A stretch of DNA of 64,000 nucleotides, taken from IMG/VR virus record IMGVR_UViG_3300037804_000367, positions 64,787-128,786 of that record; one strand, given 5' to 3'. The DNA is from a virus. The translations under genes were made by a program, and so were the position numbers. Within the stretch, counting starts at the first letter, position 1. Each line of letters begins with the position of its first letter. This document shows, in pieces, positions 35,248 to 44,264 of this stretch. Under the pieces are notes generated by a model, which was given only the letters and a program-made list of their open reading frames with translations, made no database searches and was not told the DNA's origin.

Positions 35248-36105
35248 TTAATCACCAATTTTGAACATTGACATTGAGTATCCACAACTTGTGCACTTCA
35301 CTGTGTGGTTATTACTTTCTGTAACATATATTCCATCTGAGCATTTGTCACAATCATCATCAACTACGTTGATCAAATTATGTTCTGTGTCAATTGAGAG
35401 TGAATCATCACCTTTAAACAGGTTAAAGAAGTTAGGATCACTTGCATCTGAAAACGACATCTTCAATTGATTACTTGTAAACCATTTTCCGTCAAGAGCA
35501 GTTGGCAACACAAATTGTTGACCCATTCCTGGTAGAATATAAGCTAGTGTCATATGAGGATGATAGTCGGGAAAGTTTGACGTGTGTTCTAATCCTTTCA
35601 AGCGGTTGTTCATGTTCGCCATGTCTTCACTTTCGATATCAAATTTTAAAACATCAAATTCATCGTTTTCAAATAACGACAGTCCAATAATTTTAAATCT
35701 AATGTCAGGATCCATTCCGTCAATCATTGAATAAACTTCATCAAAATCGTTACTGTGTAACCCGTACAATGCTGTGATGTGAGGCTCGTAATCTTTGCCT
35801 TCAGGATGGACCACTTCATCAGGAATCATATCCACTACGCCAATTATCTTCGATTTGAGATCATCTTCGGCGATACACATAACGCAAGAATAATCATATC
35901 CTTCTTCGTCCTTTTCATCAGTTAGATTACTACTGTGACATTTTAGACAAACTTGACCAATATCTACTTTAGGGGCACTACATCTACAAGTTGTGACTCC
36001 TTGACATTGCGGACAGGTATTTCGTTCGTGATGACATTCAATAGTTTGTTCTTCACTTCCCATGTCAGAATAAGCTGACATAATTTCTTCATTATCGTAT
36101 TGCAT
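35248..36105 (-). CDS. 2H phosphoesterase, T4 gp57B/Acb1-like, with N- and C-terminal Cys clusters
   Basis: YSCVM...EPHITALYGL...FPDYHPHMTLAY (two HxT motifs). Confidence 0.8.
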   Translation of the reverse strand: MQYDNEEIMSAYSDMGSEEQTIECHHERNTCPQCQGVTTCRCSAPKVDIGQVCLKCHSSNLTDEKDEEGYDYSCVMCIAEDDLKSKIIGVVDMIPDEVVHPEGKDYEPHITALYGLHSNDFDEVYSMIDGMDPDIRFKIIGLSLFENDEFDVLKFDIESEDMANMNNRLKGLEHTSNFPDYHPHMTLAYILPGMGQQFVLPTALDGKWFTSNQLKMSFSDASDPNFFNLFKGDDSLSIDTEHNLINVVDDDCDKCSDGIYVTESNNHTVKCTSCGYSMSMFKIGD

Positions 36106-36120
36106 AATTAATCCTCATTT

Positions 36121-36402
36121 TTATTCTCCGTGATATTGCCATAATACAGCATTACAATAAGCATGAACAGATCCGATAGTCATTCCTGTGTCATGTGAAT
36201 GATGTAGGTGGACAGGGTGTTTAAGAAAGAAAGGTGGGAACAATGATTCGTTTATTTTCTTTCTTGTAATAAATTTTGGTGGCTCCTCATCTAATGAACT
36301 TTTACAGTGATAGCAGTTTCCATTCTGAAGTCTTGTATACTCTTCACGAACCAACTTTCGTTTCGAGTAATGAGTCTTTTCATAATTTACTGGTAAATTC
36401 AT
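36121..36402 (-). CDS. endonuclease VII-like His-Me finger protein
   Basis: QNGNCYHC...HLHHSHDTG..IG..HAYCN. Confidence 0.55.
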   Translation of the reverse strand: MNLPVNYEKTHYSKRKLVREEYTRLQNGNCYHCKSSLDEEPPKFITRKKINESLFPPFFLKHPVHLHHSHDTGMTIGSVHAYCNAVLWQYHGE

Positions 36403-36403
36403 A

Positions 36404-36574
36404 TTAAGTTCTTTTTTTATTATCTGATAGTGCTTGTTCTAATTGAATTGGATAGTATGTACTGTCACATTTTTCACATTGCAAATAGTAGTCTCCAAAC
36501 AAAATCCGGTCATCTATTTTATACAACTGGCCTTCTTTACAATGAGGACATTTAGATTCGTGGATATCGGACAT
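36404..36574 (-). CDS. small zinc-ribbon protein (56 aa, not in ORF track)
   Basis: MSDIHESKCPHCKEG...CEKCDST. Confidence 0.6.
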   Translation of the reverse strand: MSDIHESKCPHCKEGQLYKIDDRILFGDYYLQCEKCDSTYYPIQLEQALSDNKKRT

Positions 36575-36861
36575 TACTTTACACTTTTTAGCTGTCGTGC
36601 TAATCTATAAAAAGCAAACCATCCGGTCAGGTAAAAGGGAGTGTCATATCCTTGAACATATACCGACACTGATCCTGCACGGAGTCTAACTTCTTTTATT
36701 TGAGATGCTGGCAAACAAGCTTTATGTTTAAACTTCTTGTTGCCACCATCTACTACATATTTAAAGGTTACGAATTTCATATTAGCTATTTCTTGCTTCA
36801 CATTCTGAATCATTACAAACACAGACACCGATATCTTTGTCACATTTTCTACCAGGAGCAA
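36574..36861 (-). CDS. hypothetical protein (true start probably MKFVTF)
   Basis: ORF in gene train. Confidence 0.55.
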   Translation of the reverse strand: MLLVENVTKISVSVFVMIQNVKQEIANMKFVTFKYVVDGGNKKFKHKACLPASQIKEVRLRAGSVSVYVQGYDTPFYLTGWFAFYRLARQLKSVK

Positions 36862-36908
36862 ATAATATCAACGTACCTATTACAAATAATAATAAAAAAA
36901 TCATAATG

Positions 36909-37349
36909 TTATTCCTCTAGTTTATCAATAAAAAGTATTCCGTCCAAGTGGTCGATCTCATGTTGGACACATCTAGCTTCCAATCCTGAAAGCTTCAGAG
37001 ATTTTACTTCGCCGTGACCATCAAAGAATCCCACTTCAATATGAGCAGTTCTCTTTACTTTGCCAACAACTCTTCCCACTGAAAGACATCCTTCAGAGTC
37101 AATGATCGTCTCATTAGATTCCCAGTTGAGAGTTGGATTAATCATTGGGACTACTCTTTTTCCAATTGTGACAATAGCAACTCTTTTGCTAACACCAATC
37201 TGAGGAGCAGCTAATCCAATCCCACGATCCTTTCTCATAAGAACGGTCATATCAATTATCAACTTACGAAGTGAACTGTCAAATACTTCAACTGGTTCAG
37301 CAATCTGACGAAGCTTTTTGTTGGTCTTGCTTAGGATTTTATATTTCAT
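36909..37349 (-). CDS. def: peptide deformylase
   Basis: GIGLAAPQIG, EGCLS, QHEIDHL. Confidence 0.97.
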   Translation of the reverse strand: MKYKILSKTNKKLRQIAEPVEVFDSSLRKLIIDMTVLMRKDRGIGLAAPQIGVSKRVAIVTIGKRVVPMINPTLNWESNETIIDSEGCLSVGRVVGKVKRTAHIEVGFFDGHGEVKSLKLSGLEARCVQHEIDHLDGILFIDKLEE

Positions 37350-37627
37350 TATTTTGTCTCTACTATATCATATTCATGGAACTGCCAAGTACGAATAACA
37401 CCACCAGCAACTTTCCAAACATCACGTGATACTTTACTGATGATAGTGAAACGTCCCCAACGTGGATTGTTACGGTTCTCAATTACTAGGCCTTCGCGAA
37501 CGTTTTCATAAGTTAGTTCAATATTCATATGATATTCCTTTTTGTTTTCGTTTACCATACTATTAATATACACCCTTAAACAAAGAAGTCCACTCCAAAA
37601 TGAACTTATTTTCACTTTATTTTGCAA
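37349..37627 (-). CDS. hypothetical protein (true start probably MNIELT near 37528)
   Basis: ORF-track 5' part spans the promoter. Confidence 0.6.
   Translation of the reverse strand: MQNKVKISSFWSGLLCLRVYINSMVNENKKEYHMNIELTYENVREGLVIENRNNPRWGRFTIISKVSRDVWKVAGGVIRTWQFHEYDIVETK
37552..37593 (-). promoter_or_regulatory. sigma70-type early promoter (TGGACT variant)
   Basis: TGGACT...AAGGGTGTATATTAATAGTATGGTAA. Confidence 0.7.
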
Positions 37628-38228
37628 CTATTTCTTTTACTCGATCGTCAATGTTTTTATCAAAAAGATTAAATTCAATATAATCTCCTTCCATCCAGTT
37701 TTGCAATACAACAATTTCACAAAGTGTTTTAACTTTATCGAATTTAAAAGCACCACAGTCTTCGTCCTGTCTGTTAATATATGCTTGGTAAAGTGGATAT
37801 GCTTGTAAGGCATACTTTGAAGCATAACTTCTTTTTCCAGACAGAGTGTAGTCACTAACATTACATCTACGATCACATATTTTAATAACAATTGATTCCA
37901 TACTCTTTTCTTTAAACGATTCAAGGAACTGATACTTTTGTAGCTTTGACTCGTGTCCGGTTGTACGTGAACATTCAAGAACAATATCAGCAATTCGTTT
38001 GTTAAAAGCTGTTTCTAAAATTACATGCTTCTCTGAATATGAAAGATGAAGTAAGCAATCTTCAATATAGTCATGAAGGATAGCAGCGCACCAAACATCT
38101 TGGTCGTCAGTAAGCAAACAAACCTTTTTAAGAACTTCTGTCAGGTGAACAAAGTATGGAATCTTAAACGACTTCCTGTATTGTCCTTGGTGAGCTTCTA
38201 GTGCAAATGAAAATGCTTTATCAATCAT
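37617..38228 (-). CDS. HD-domain (p)ppGpp hydrolase-like protein (SpoT/Mesh1 type)
   Basis: AHQGQYRK...PYFVHL.EV...AAILHDYIED...IKICDRRCN. Confidence 0.85.
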   Translation of the reverse strand: MIDKAFSFALEAHQGQYRKSFKIPYFVHLTEVLKKVCLLTDDQDVWCAAILHDYIEDCLLHLSYSEKHVILETAFNKRIADIVLECSRTTGHESKLQKYQFLESFKEKSMESIVIKICDRRCNVSDYTLSGKRSYASKYALQAYPLYQAYINRQDEDCGAFKFDKVKTLCEIVVLQNWMEGDYIEFNLFDKNIDDRVKEIVAK

Positions 38229-38301
38229 GATAATGTTCCTTAATGTTTGTTGATTACACTATTACTATCCATAGTGAAACGCAAAATTCAACCTCTATAC
38301 A

Positions 38302-38332
38302 TAAAAAAAGATCCACATTTCTGTGGATCTTC
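38302..38332 (-). terminator. intrinsic terminator
   Basis: AAAAAAGATCCAC-loop-GTGGATCTT. Confidence 0.75.
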
Positions 38333-38387
38333 AAGGTAGCGAATCCTTGTCTCGCTCAGCATTGCTGAGAAGTTGTTTCATATAAAG

Positions 38388-38948
38388 TTATTTATTATTT
38401 TTACTTGTCAATGTTACAAAGAAAGCTTGTCTTCCAGTCATTTCTTTTGTAGAAATAACATCAAAATATTTTTCAAGTTGTGTGATCCATTTTTCCATTG
38501 ACCATAATGTCAAGTGAAGATTGTTTCCATCCTTATCCAAGTGCACACTTTCTCTTGTTGATATTGAAAAAAGAAACTGATCAGCATTTAATGTTGCCAT
38601 GTGCTTCAAAGATCTCCAAACCTGTGTTTCTGGAATATGTTCAAGAACATCTAAGCAGGCAACAAGGTCCACTTTTGAAGGTGTTTTTAACGCCCCTAAG
38701 CTCGAATGAATGTATGTGCCATTGTCATTGCTATTTTTATTTAATTCGATTACAGATGCTGATACGTCCGCTCCTGTGTATGTAGTAAAGAACTTTGATA
38801 GTTCGCCTCTACCACATCCAACATCCAACACAGATGTGTCCTGAGAAATACCTGCCCACTTAATTGCAGCTATTGGATTTCCATGTGGATATCCATTATC
38901 ATACAAATGAGAATACTTTTCGTCTTCTAATACTTCCCAATCTTTCAT
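38388..38948 (-). CDS. class I SAM-dependent methyltransferase
   Basis: VLDVGCGRG, CLDVLEHIP. Confidence 0.9.
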   Translation of the reverse strand: MKDWEVLEDEKYSHLYDNGYPHGNPIAAIKWAGISQDTSVLDVGCGRGELSKFFTTYTGADVSASVIELNKNSNDNGTYIHSSLGALKTPSKVDLVACLDVLEHIPETQVWRSLKHMATLNADQFLFSISTRESVHLDKDGNNLHLTLWSMEKWITQLEKYFDVISTKEMTGRQAFFVTLTSKNNK

Positions 38949-38970
38949 TTGAATCCTTTTTATTATTAAA

Positions 38971-39331
38971 TGGAGGTGGGGAGAATCGAACTCCCGTCTT
39001 GATAAATACTACACAAAAACTTCTACATGTTTAGTCTATGTTTTATACTTTAAGAATCTCAAATGTCAAACATTGACAAACCTAAATGAGATAATGGTTA
39101 ATTAAATTTCAGTCAAAGATATTATAGCCATCAATCTTATCCCTACCTGTGATTGATAAACGCCTCAAAATGTTATCACGATATACATTTCTTTTGACGG
39201 ATTGCTTCTGTGAGCAATCAACTTTGCTGTTAGGCTGCAGTTATATTTTGAATAGATATTTTAACAGGCCAACTATTCATCCTGTACATGCGGTCTTAGT
39301 TCATATCTCCAATCGATGCCTGAGCACCCCC
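38971..39331 (-). ncRNA. ssrA: tmRNA
   Basis: 5' GGGGGTG pairs with 3' CACCTCC-A with G3.U70; T arm GGGAG-TTCGATT-CTCCC; pk1 ACAGG/CCTGT and GAATAG/CTATTC; resume codon GCA 11 nt after pk1. Confidence 0.93.
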
Positions 39332-39370
39332 GAATATATTATACTCTTTATTTACATTTACTTTTAAAGC

Positions 39371-39610
39371 TTACCGATCTTGATAATAATTACTACTGAC
39401 TGTTTTTTTGACAGTTACAGATGCACTTTTTACACTAGGTGGGTCATAGTCATCATCAGGATATGATTGTCCGTTGTTTGCATTGATTATATTAAAAGTT
39501 GCTGCCCCTTGCATATCAAAACCTTCACTAGTGAGGAATCTTTTGATAGCTGTTTGCAAATCTTTGGAACTCATTGTTACTTCTATAGTGGACTGTACAT
39601 CCATTTTCAA
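39371..39610 (-). CDS. hypothetical protein
   Basis: AAAGG SD. Confidence 0.65.
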   Translation of the reverse strand: MKMDVQSTIEVTMSSKDLQTAIKRFLTSEGFDMQGAATFNIINANNGQSYPDDDYDPPSVKSASVTVKKTVSSNYYQDR

Positions 39611-39662
39611 TACCTTTTTAAGTTAGTTGTTATATAATCTAAAATGGTTTGCTGTTTTTCAA

Positions 39663-39983
39663 CTAATGTTTCATGCTTTTCTTATATTTTATTTCAACTA
39701 CTCTCTCGAGCACTTGCTTTTCTGAATATATTTTATAATAACCTTTTTCGATATACTCGTTTATTAGTGTGAGATGTTCGTCAATATATGTATCAGGTGG
39801 TTCGTATGAATGTTTTTCCTCGTGAAAGAATAATTTACATCTCATTAAACAAGGAGAAAAGAACTCTCCTGAACAGTTGACATTATAAATAACACTATAA
39901 ATTTTATAAATCCAGTGTGGACAATCCATGATTTCAATGTACTGTCCGACTAATTGCTCAGATTGTTTCTGAAGTGTTTCCAT
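39663..39983 (-). CDS. hypothetical protein
   Basis: Ends YKKSMKH (weak motif variant). Confidence 0.7.
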   Translation of the reverse strand: METLQKQSEQLVGQYIEIMDCPHWIYKIYSVIYNVNCSGEFFSPCLMRCKLFFHEEKHSYEPPDTYIDEHLTLINEYIEKGYYKIYSEKQVLERVVEIKYKKSMKH

Positions 39984-40753
39984 TATTTTACTTTTGTAGC
40001 TATGAACACTTTATTTCCTGGCACAGTAACCTTTATTTGAGCATTCGTGATAATGATGGCTAAATTTTTATTTCCAGAGCTCCAAAATACTTCAAGCTGG
40101 TTCTTTTTATTTAGTTTCCAAGTTCCCTTCTCAACAGCTTTAGTTTTGCGCCCAAAGTACGCAATGGTTCCGTCCGCAAAATATTCAAATTGATTTCCCG
40201 TCTTTGTATATTTCCATCGGCCAATGAATGGGTTTGTTACTACTTCCGGTACAACTTTTTTAGCGACAGGAGGTTTAATTTTTCCAGATAGTAACTCCTT
40301 TGTAATTTTATCTATAAAAGATTGTATCTTTATTGCATCATCAATTTTTCCTACCTTGGTATATTTTATCACCAAGATTTCCGCCTCTTTTAGCTGCTTT
40401 TTCCTTAGTGCTGTTACAGCTAAATAACGTTTATCACTAATTTTCTTTTTAGCTTTTGCAATAGAAGCTATTAATTCAGTAATTGACCTCGTAGCCTTTC
40501 TCTTTCCTAAAGGATTTCCCTTTGCGAGGTCCTTAATCAGAAGAACTTTTTTAAGATTTCCAGCATCAGAAGCTTTCTTTTCAAGAGCTTCCCAAGCATC
40601 TTCAATCTTAAAACCTAACCTAACAGAGTCAATTTTAAAATCATCTATCAATCTGGTTGTAGTAGATTCAAAATGAGCTATTTTGATGGCAGAATTATCA
40701 GTTGCAAAAACCGACACAGTCAGTAATAACATAACAATTAGTATATTTTTCAT
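39983..40753 (-). CDS. secreted Lys-rich helical protein
   Basis: Signal peptide MKNILIVMLLLTVSVFA. Confidence 0.75.
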   Translation of the reverse strand: MKNILIVMLLLTVSVFATDNSAIKIAHFESTTTRLIDDFKIDSVRLGFKIEDAWEALEKKASDAGNLKKVLLIKDLAKGNPLGKRKATRSITELIASIAKAKKKISDKRYLAVTALRKKQLKEAEILVIKYTKVGKIDDAIKIQSFIDKITKELLSGKIKPPVAKKVVPEVVTNPFIGRWKYTKTGNQFEYFADGTIAYFGRKTKAVEKGTWKLNKKNQLEVFWSSGNKNLAIIITNAQIKVTVPGNKVFIATKVK

Positions 40754-40777
40754 TTCATATTCCTTTTTTTTTGTTTA

Positions 40778-40817
40778 GTACCTATTATAATATACACCCT
40801 TAAACAAATAAGTTAAG
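40778..40817 (-). promoter_or_regulatory. sigma70-type early promoter (TTAACT variant)
   Basis: TTAACT...AAGGGTGTATATTATAATAGGTA. Confidence 0.7.
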
Positions 40818-40832
40818 CTCAAAGTGAAAAAA

Positions 40833-41897
40833 TTAAATCTTTTTTGTCATTAAGAACATTTCTCGAGTGGGTTCGTGAACAGCTGGGTATGGACCTTCAA
40901 TATCAAATAACAACGAGGCAGATGAAAGCATTTCTTGCTCAAAAGTATCGTGCAAACTTTTATTCATGTTCCTTTTTACTACGCCATCATCTTTAGTAGT
41001 GGGACCTTCCCAGAGTAATTTTCCATTCGTATTCATATTAGAAGATATCCAATTAAAGATCTGAGTGTGATCTCCGCACTGAGCATAAACGTGATGGTAC
41101 ATACTCATACACAACACAATATCAAACTTTTCCAAACTGGGCCATTCTTTACCTAAATTTGCTTGGATAAAACTACATTTATCAAACCCCATTAACGTTT
41201 CAGCTACTTCTGTATTCAACCAAATAATATCAACGTCTCCTACCCCTCTAACTTTTCTGTTTCTATCGAGACCGACCACCTTTGAGGCTCCGGAAAGAGC
41301 AGACGTAAATGACCAAAATCCAAAGTCACATCCCATGTCTAACACTTTCTTTTCATTAACCAATGACCAAAAGTCAAATGGCAAGTCAGAGAAACTCTTT
41401 AATTTTTTATCGAGACGTGGACATTTTGATTCCACTAAATCATTTTCAATTTTAAAGCGTTGATAGTCGGATCGATTTCTTATATCTTTGTTTTTTTCTG
41501 ATAATTCTGTATGCATAACAGTTACTATGTTTCCATTTTCAAGGTTAAATGATTGTCTTAGTGGATGCCTAGATACAATCTCGATGAAATTTTTCTTATA
41601 TCTATTCATATTCTTTTCCCATCTAATTGCCCAACACAACACATCGGTATTGTTTATTTGCAATCGCAAAGGATAAATTCTACAAGGCATCGGAGTCCAC
41701 GAAGGAGCATCTGAAATACTTACATTCAAATGTGATCTATTCCAATCAAACGGAATGTCTAATCTTAAATTTAATGTTCCTGGAAAAGGTGTTTCATTTA
41801 TATGTAATGAAATATCATTTATTCGTGAGTTTTCATTTCGAACAAATGCTTTTGAAGCACCACCAGCTCCTTTTTCTACTGTTCCAGTATAAAACAT
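40833..41897 (-). CDS. fusion of CTP-dependent riboflavin-kinase-like domain and SAM methyltransferase
   Basis: N-term GTVEKGAGGAS...PFPGTLNL...IEIVSRHPLRQSFNLENG; C-term VLDMGCDFG. Confidence 0.7.
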   Translation of the reverse strand: MFYTGTVEKGAGGASKAFVRNENSRINDISLHINETPFPGTLNLRLDIPFDWNRSHLNVSISDAPSWTPMPCRIYPLRLQINNTDVLCWAIRWEKNMNRYKKNFIEIVSRHPLRQSFNLENGNIVTVMHTELSEKNKDIRNRSDYQRFKIENDLVESKCPRLDKKLKSFSDLPFDFWSLVNEKKVLDMGCDFGFWSFTSALSGASKVVGLDRNRKVRGVGDVDIIWLNTEVAETLMGFDKCSFIQANLGKEWPSLEKFDIVLCMSMYHHVYAQCGDHTQIFNWISSNMNTNGKLLWEGPTTKDDGVVKRNMNKSLHDTFEQEMLSSASLLFDIEGPYPAVHEPTREMFLMTKKI

Positions 41898-42448
41898 TCG
41901 CGATGTTCTCCTATTATAGGATACCTATTTAATAGAGCTTCCCATTTTGGTTCTTTGTGATGTCTAGTGGATTGATCATAACACTTTAAAGCATTCATTT
42001 TTATATCATACGCTTTGTCTGATAATACTAATTCTTCGCCTTTGCCGTATCCAAAATAAAGTTTTGGAATGCTCGGAACATTTTGAACTACCCACTTGTG
42101 AATAAATTTATGATGCTTGTGTCCATACTCTCCCGAAGCTGAATGAGTTACTATTAAATCATAAGTTGTTATGAAATCTAATATAGATAGAGGCATTTCG
42201 AGAGAACTAGAAGCCTTGACTTCTACAAAAGGAAGAGACATTGCATTTCTTATTCCAAGTTCTTTTGCTGCGCGAATGTAACACACTGACCGTATCTTGT
42301 CTTCTTTATCTGCCGGAACGGAACAAATGAGACTGTCCCAATTTATATTTGGGTACGTGGCTACTAATCCTCCTGCCCAACATGTTTCGTCATCTGGATG
42401 TGCACCAATAATAATAGCAGACTGTATATCTTTAGTTATAATTTTCAT
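41876..42448 (-). CDS. PIG-L/LmbE-family deacetylase
   Basis: AHPDDET, THSASGEYGHKHH. Confidence 0.88.
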   Translation of the reverse strand: MKIITKDIQSAIIIGAHPDDETCWAGGLVATYPNINWDSLICSVPADKEDKIRSVCYIRAAKELGIRNAMSLPFVEVKASSSLEMPLSILDFITTYDLIVTHSASGEYGHKHHKFIHKWVVQNVPSIPKLYFGYGKGEELVLSDKAYDIKMNALKCYDQSTRHHKEPKWEALLNRYPIIGEHRECFILEQ

Positions 42449-43669
42449 TTATCTTTTTGCAAATATAGTTAGGGTTTTCATTTCAGTTTCCTTTTTAAAT
42501 AGTTTTGATTCAGATACCATTTTATGAGCAATGTTTCCTTTATTAGAACCCTTGAATAATAACAATTTTCCCTTAGAGTGTAACATGTCAAACATACATT
42601 TGATTAGTTGTTCGTCTGTAATTTGTCCAAATTCTGATATATTGTATGCTTTACAAAATCGTTTACTATACTCACATAAATGAAAACACGTTACAATGTC
42701 TAAATTATTAATAAATGGAGCTCTGTGCAAAGTATACATGTCTCCAAACAAAACTTTATATGAAAGAGCAAGTTTCGAATCCTCTAATATCATATCTATA
42801 TAATTGTCATATTCCCCTTTAGATGCAGTTATTCCCAATACATTGTGGTCAGTCAAGCTCTTACCAACCAAGTGATGATCTCCTGTTCCAATGTGAAGTA
42901 TGTTTAATCGTTCCTTTTTTAATGATGAAACATACTCACAAAAATGTTTATCACACGGCACCTTATCAGTGTATTTCCATTTTGTAGGATATGAATTAAA
43001 TGTTACTGTGTTATGACATTTGAAAAAATCAGAAGATGTCATTATATTTTCTCTGATATGTTTCTTTCCTGCTGGTCCTGTCCAATGTACCATTCGTTTG
43101 GTTTCACTATCTTGTCTCATTTCTAATTGTCGTCTTAGCCACTGATAATCAACATCCAATTTTACGAGTGATGATTCTAAAGAACTGTCCTGATCAAGTA
43201 ATTGTTTGAGAACTTCTTGATCTCCTCTCGTGTTTGAAACTTTACAAGCGTCTCTCCATTGAATTAACAAAGGTGAATTGGATTTTGACACAACTAAACC
43301 AGTAGCAAACCAATTACCCTTTCTGCCAGCATCAATAGTTACTCCTAATTTATGATCAGTAACGTGATCAAATACATCATCCATTGGTCTTACCAACTGA
43401 CAATCTAAATCCATCCAACATGAAATATCATATGGACTATCTATTAATGCTTGTGGTTTTAGAAACCAAGCACACTTTGCTCCTTTTTCATATTCCAATA
43501 CTACATCAACGTTGTTACTTACCCAATTATATACTTCATCAGATAATTGACCAAAACAGGCAAATACTAACTTTACTTCTGGGTGGAGTTTCCTATGCTG
43601 AAGAATAAACCACTTTGACATCCACTCTTGGTTTTTATCAGTGCCTGTTACAAACGCTTTTGTCATCAT
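42449..43669 (-). CDS. GT-A glycosyltransferase (GT8/GT77-like) fused to a methyltransferase-like domain
   Basis: KPQAL...WMDLD...DQEVL...HWTG; C-term LNILHIGTG. Confidence 0.7.
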   Translation of the reverse strand: MMTKAFVTGTDKNQEWMSKWFILQHRKLHPEVKLVFACFGQLSDEVYNWVSNNVDVVLEYEKGAKCAWFLKPQALIDSPYDISCWMDLDCQLVRPMDDVFDHVTDHKLGVTIDAGRKGNWFATGLVVSKSNSPLLIQWRDACKVSNTRGDQEVLKQLLDQDSSLESSLVKLDVDYQWLRRQLEMRQDSETKRMVHWTGPAGKKHIRENIMTSSDFFKCHNTVTFNSYPTKWKYTDKVPCDKHFCEYVSSLKKERLNILHIGTGDHHLVGKSLTDHNVLGITASKGEYDNYIDMILEDSKLALSYKVLFGDMYTLHRAPFINNLDIVTCFHLCEYSKRFCKAYNISEFGQITDEQLIKCMFDMLHSKGKLLLFKGSNKGNIAHKMVSESKLFKKETEMKTLTIFAKR

Positions 43670-43672
43670 TGA

Positions 43673-44257
43673 CTATCCATTAAAATTATAATTAAATTTA
43701 GTTATGTCAGTTTTAAAAATTTCACCGATGTGTTGTTCGGTGGATTGATTATAATAATGTTGATATGGTTTATGATTTCCTTTTCTAATATGAATTAGAT
43801 GAGAAGTAATGTTTAATTTTCGTTTGATAATTTCAAAATCTTCCTCTATGTTCTCAAACTTTCCAATAAAATCCATGTTAATATCAGAATTAAAGAATGT
43901 AGACATTGATTTCGTTGCATCAATGGTAGAACTTTTGCCGCTATCACCTATTATAATATCAGAATAACAAAACTTTTCAAATGTTTCAGGCACGCTTCTT
44001 TGAATTCTTCTATCAGTAGCTCCTTTATTTCCACCATTTTTATAATAAAAATATATACTAACTAATCTATCCCAAGGGTTTCTAACAAAAGATGTTTTGA
44101 AATAATCCCTAGTTGTATCAGACACTTCATGTTTTAAATCAAAGTGTTGTACGTGAAGATTTGGATTGTGCGACCTTTCAATTATACCATTCCAAATACT
44201 AGTCCCGCCAGTTTTTGGAATATGAATAAATATACATTTTTTCTCATGGTTGATCAT
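43673..44257 (-). CDS. sulfotransferase (Sulfotransfer_2 family)
   Basis: FIHIPKTGGTS, FVRNPWDRLVSIY, FIGKFENIEED. Confidence 0.9.
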   Translation of the reverse strand: MINHEKKCIFIHIPKTGGTSIWNGIIERSHNPNLHVQHFDLKHEVSDTTRDYFKTSFVRNPWDRLVSIYFYYKNGGNKGATDRRIQRSVPETFEKFCYSDIIIGDSGKSSTIDATKSMSTFFNSDINMDFIGKFENIEEDFEIIKRKLNITSHLIHIRKGNHKPYQHYYNQSTEQHIGEIFKTDITKFNYNFNG

Positions 44258-44264
44258 AATATTT

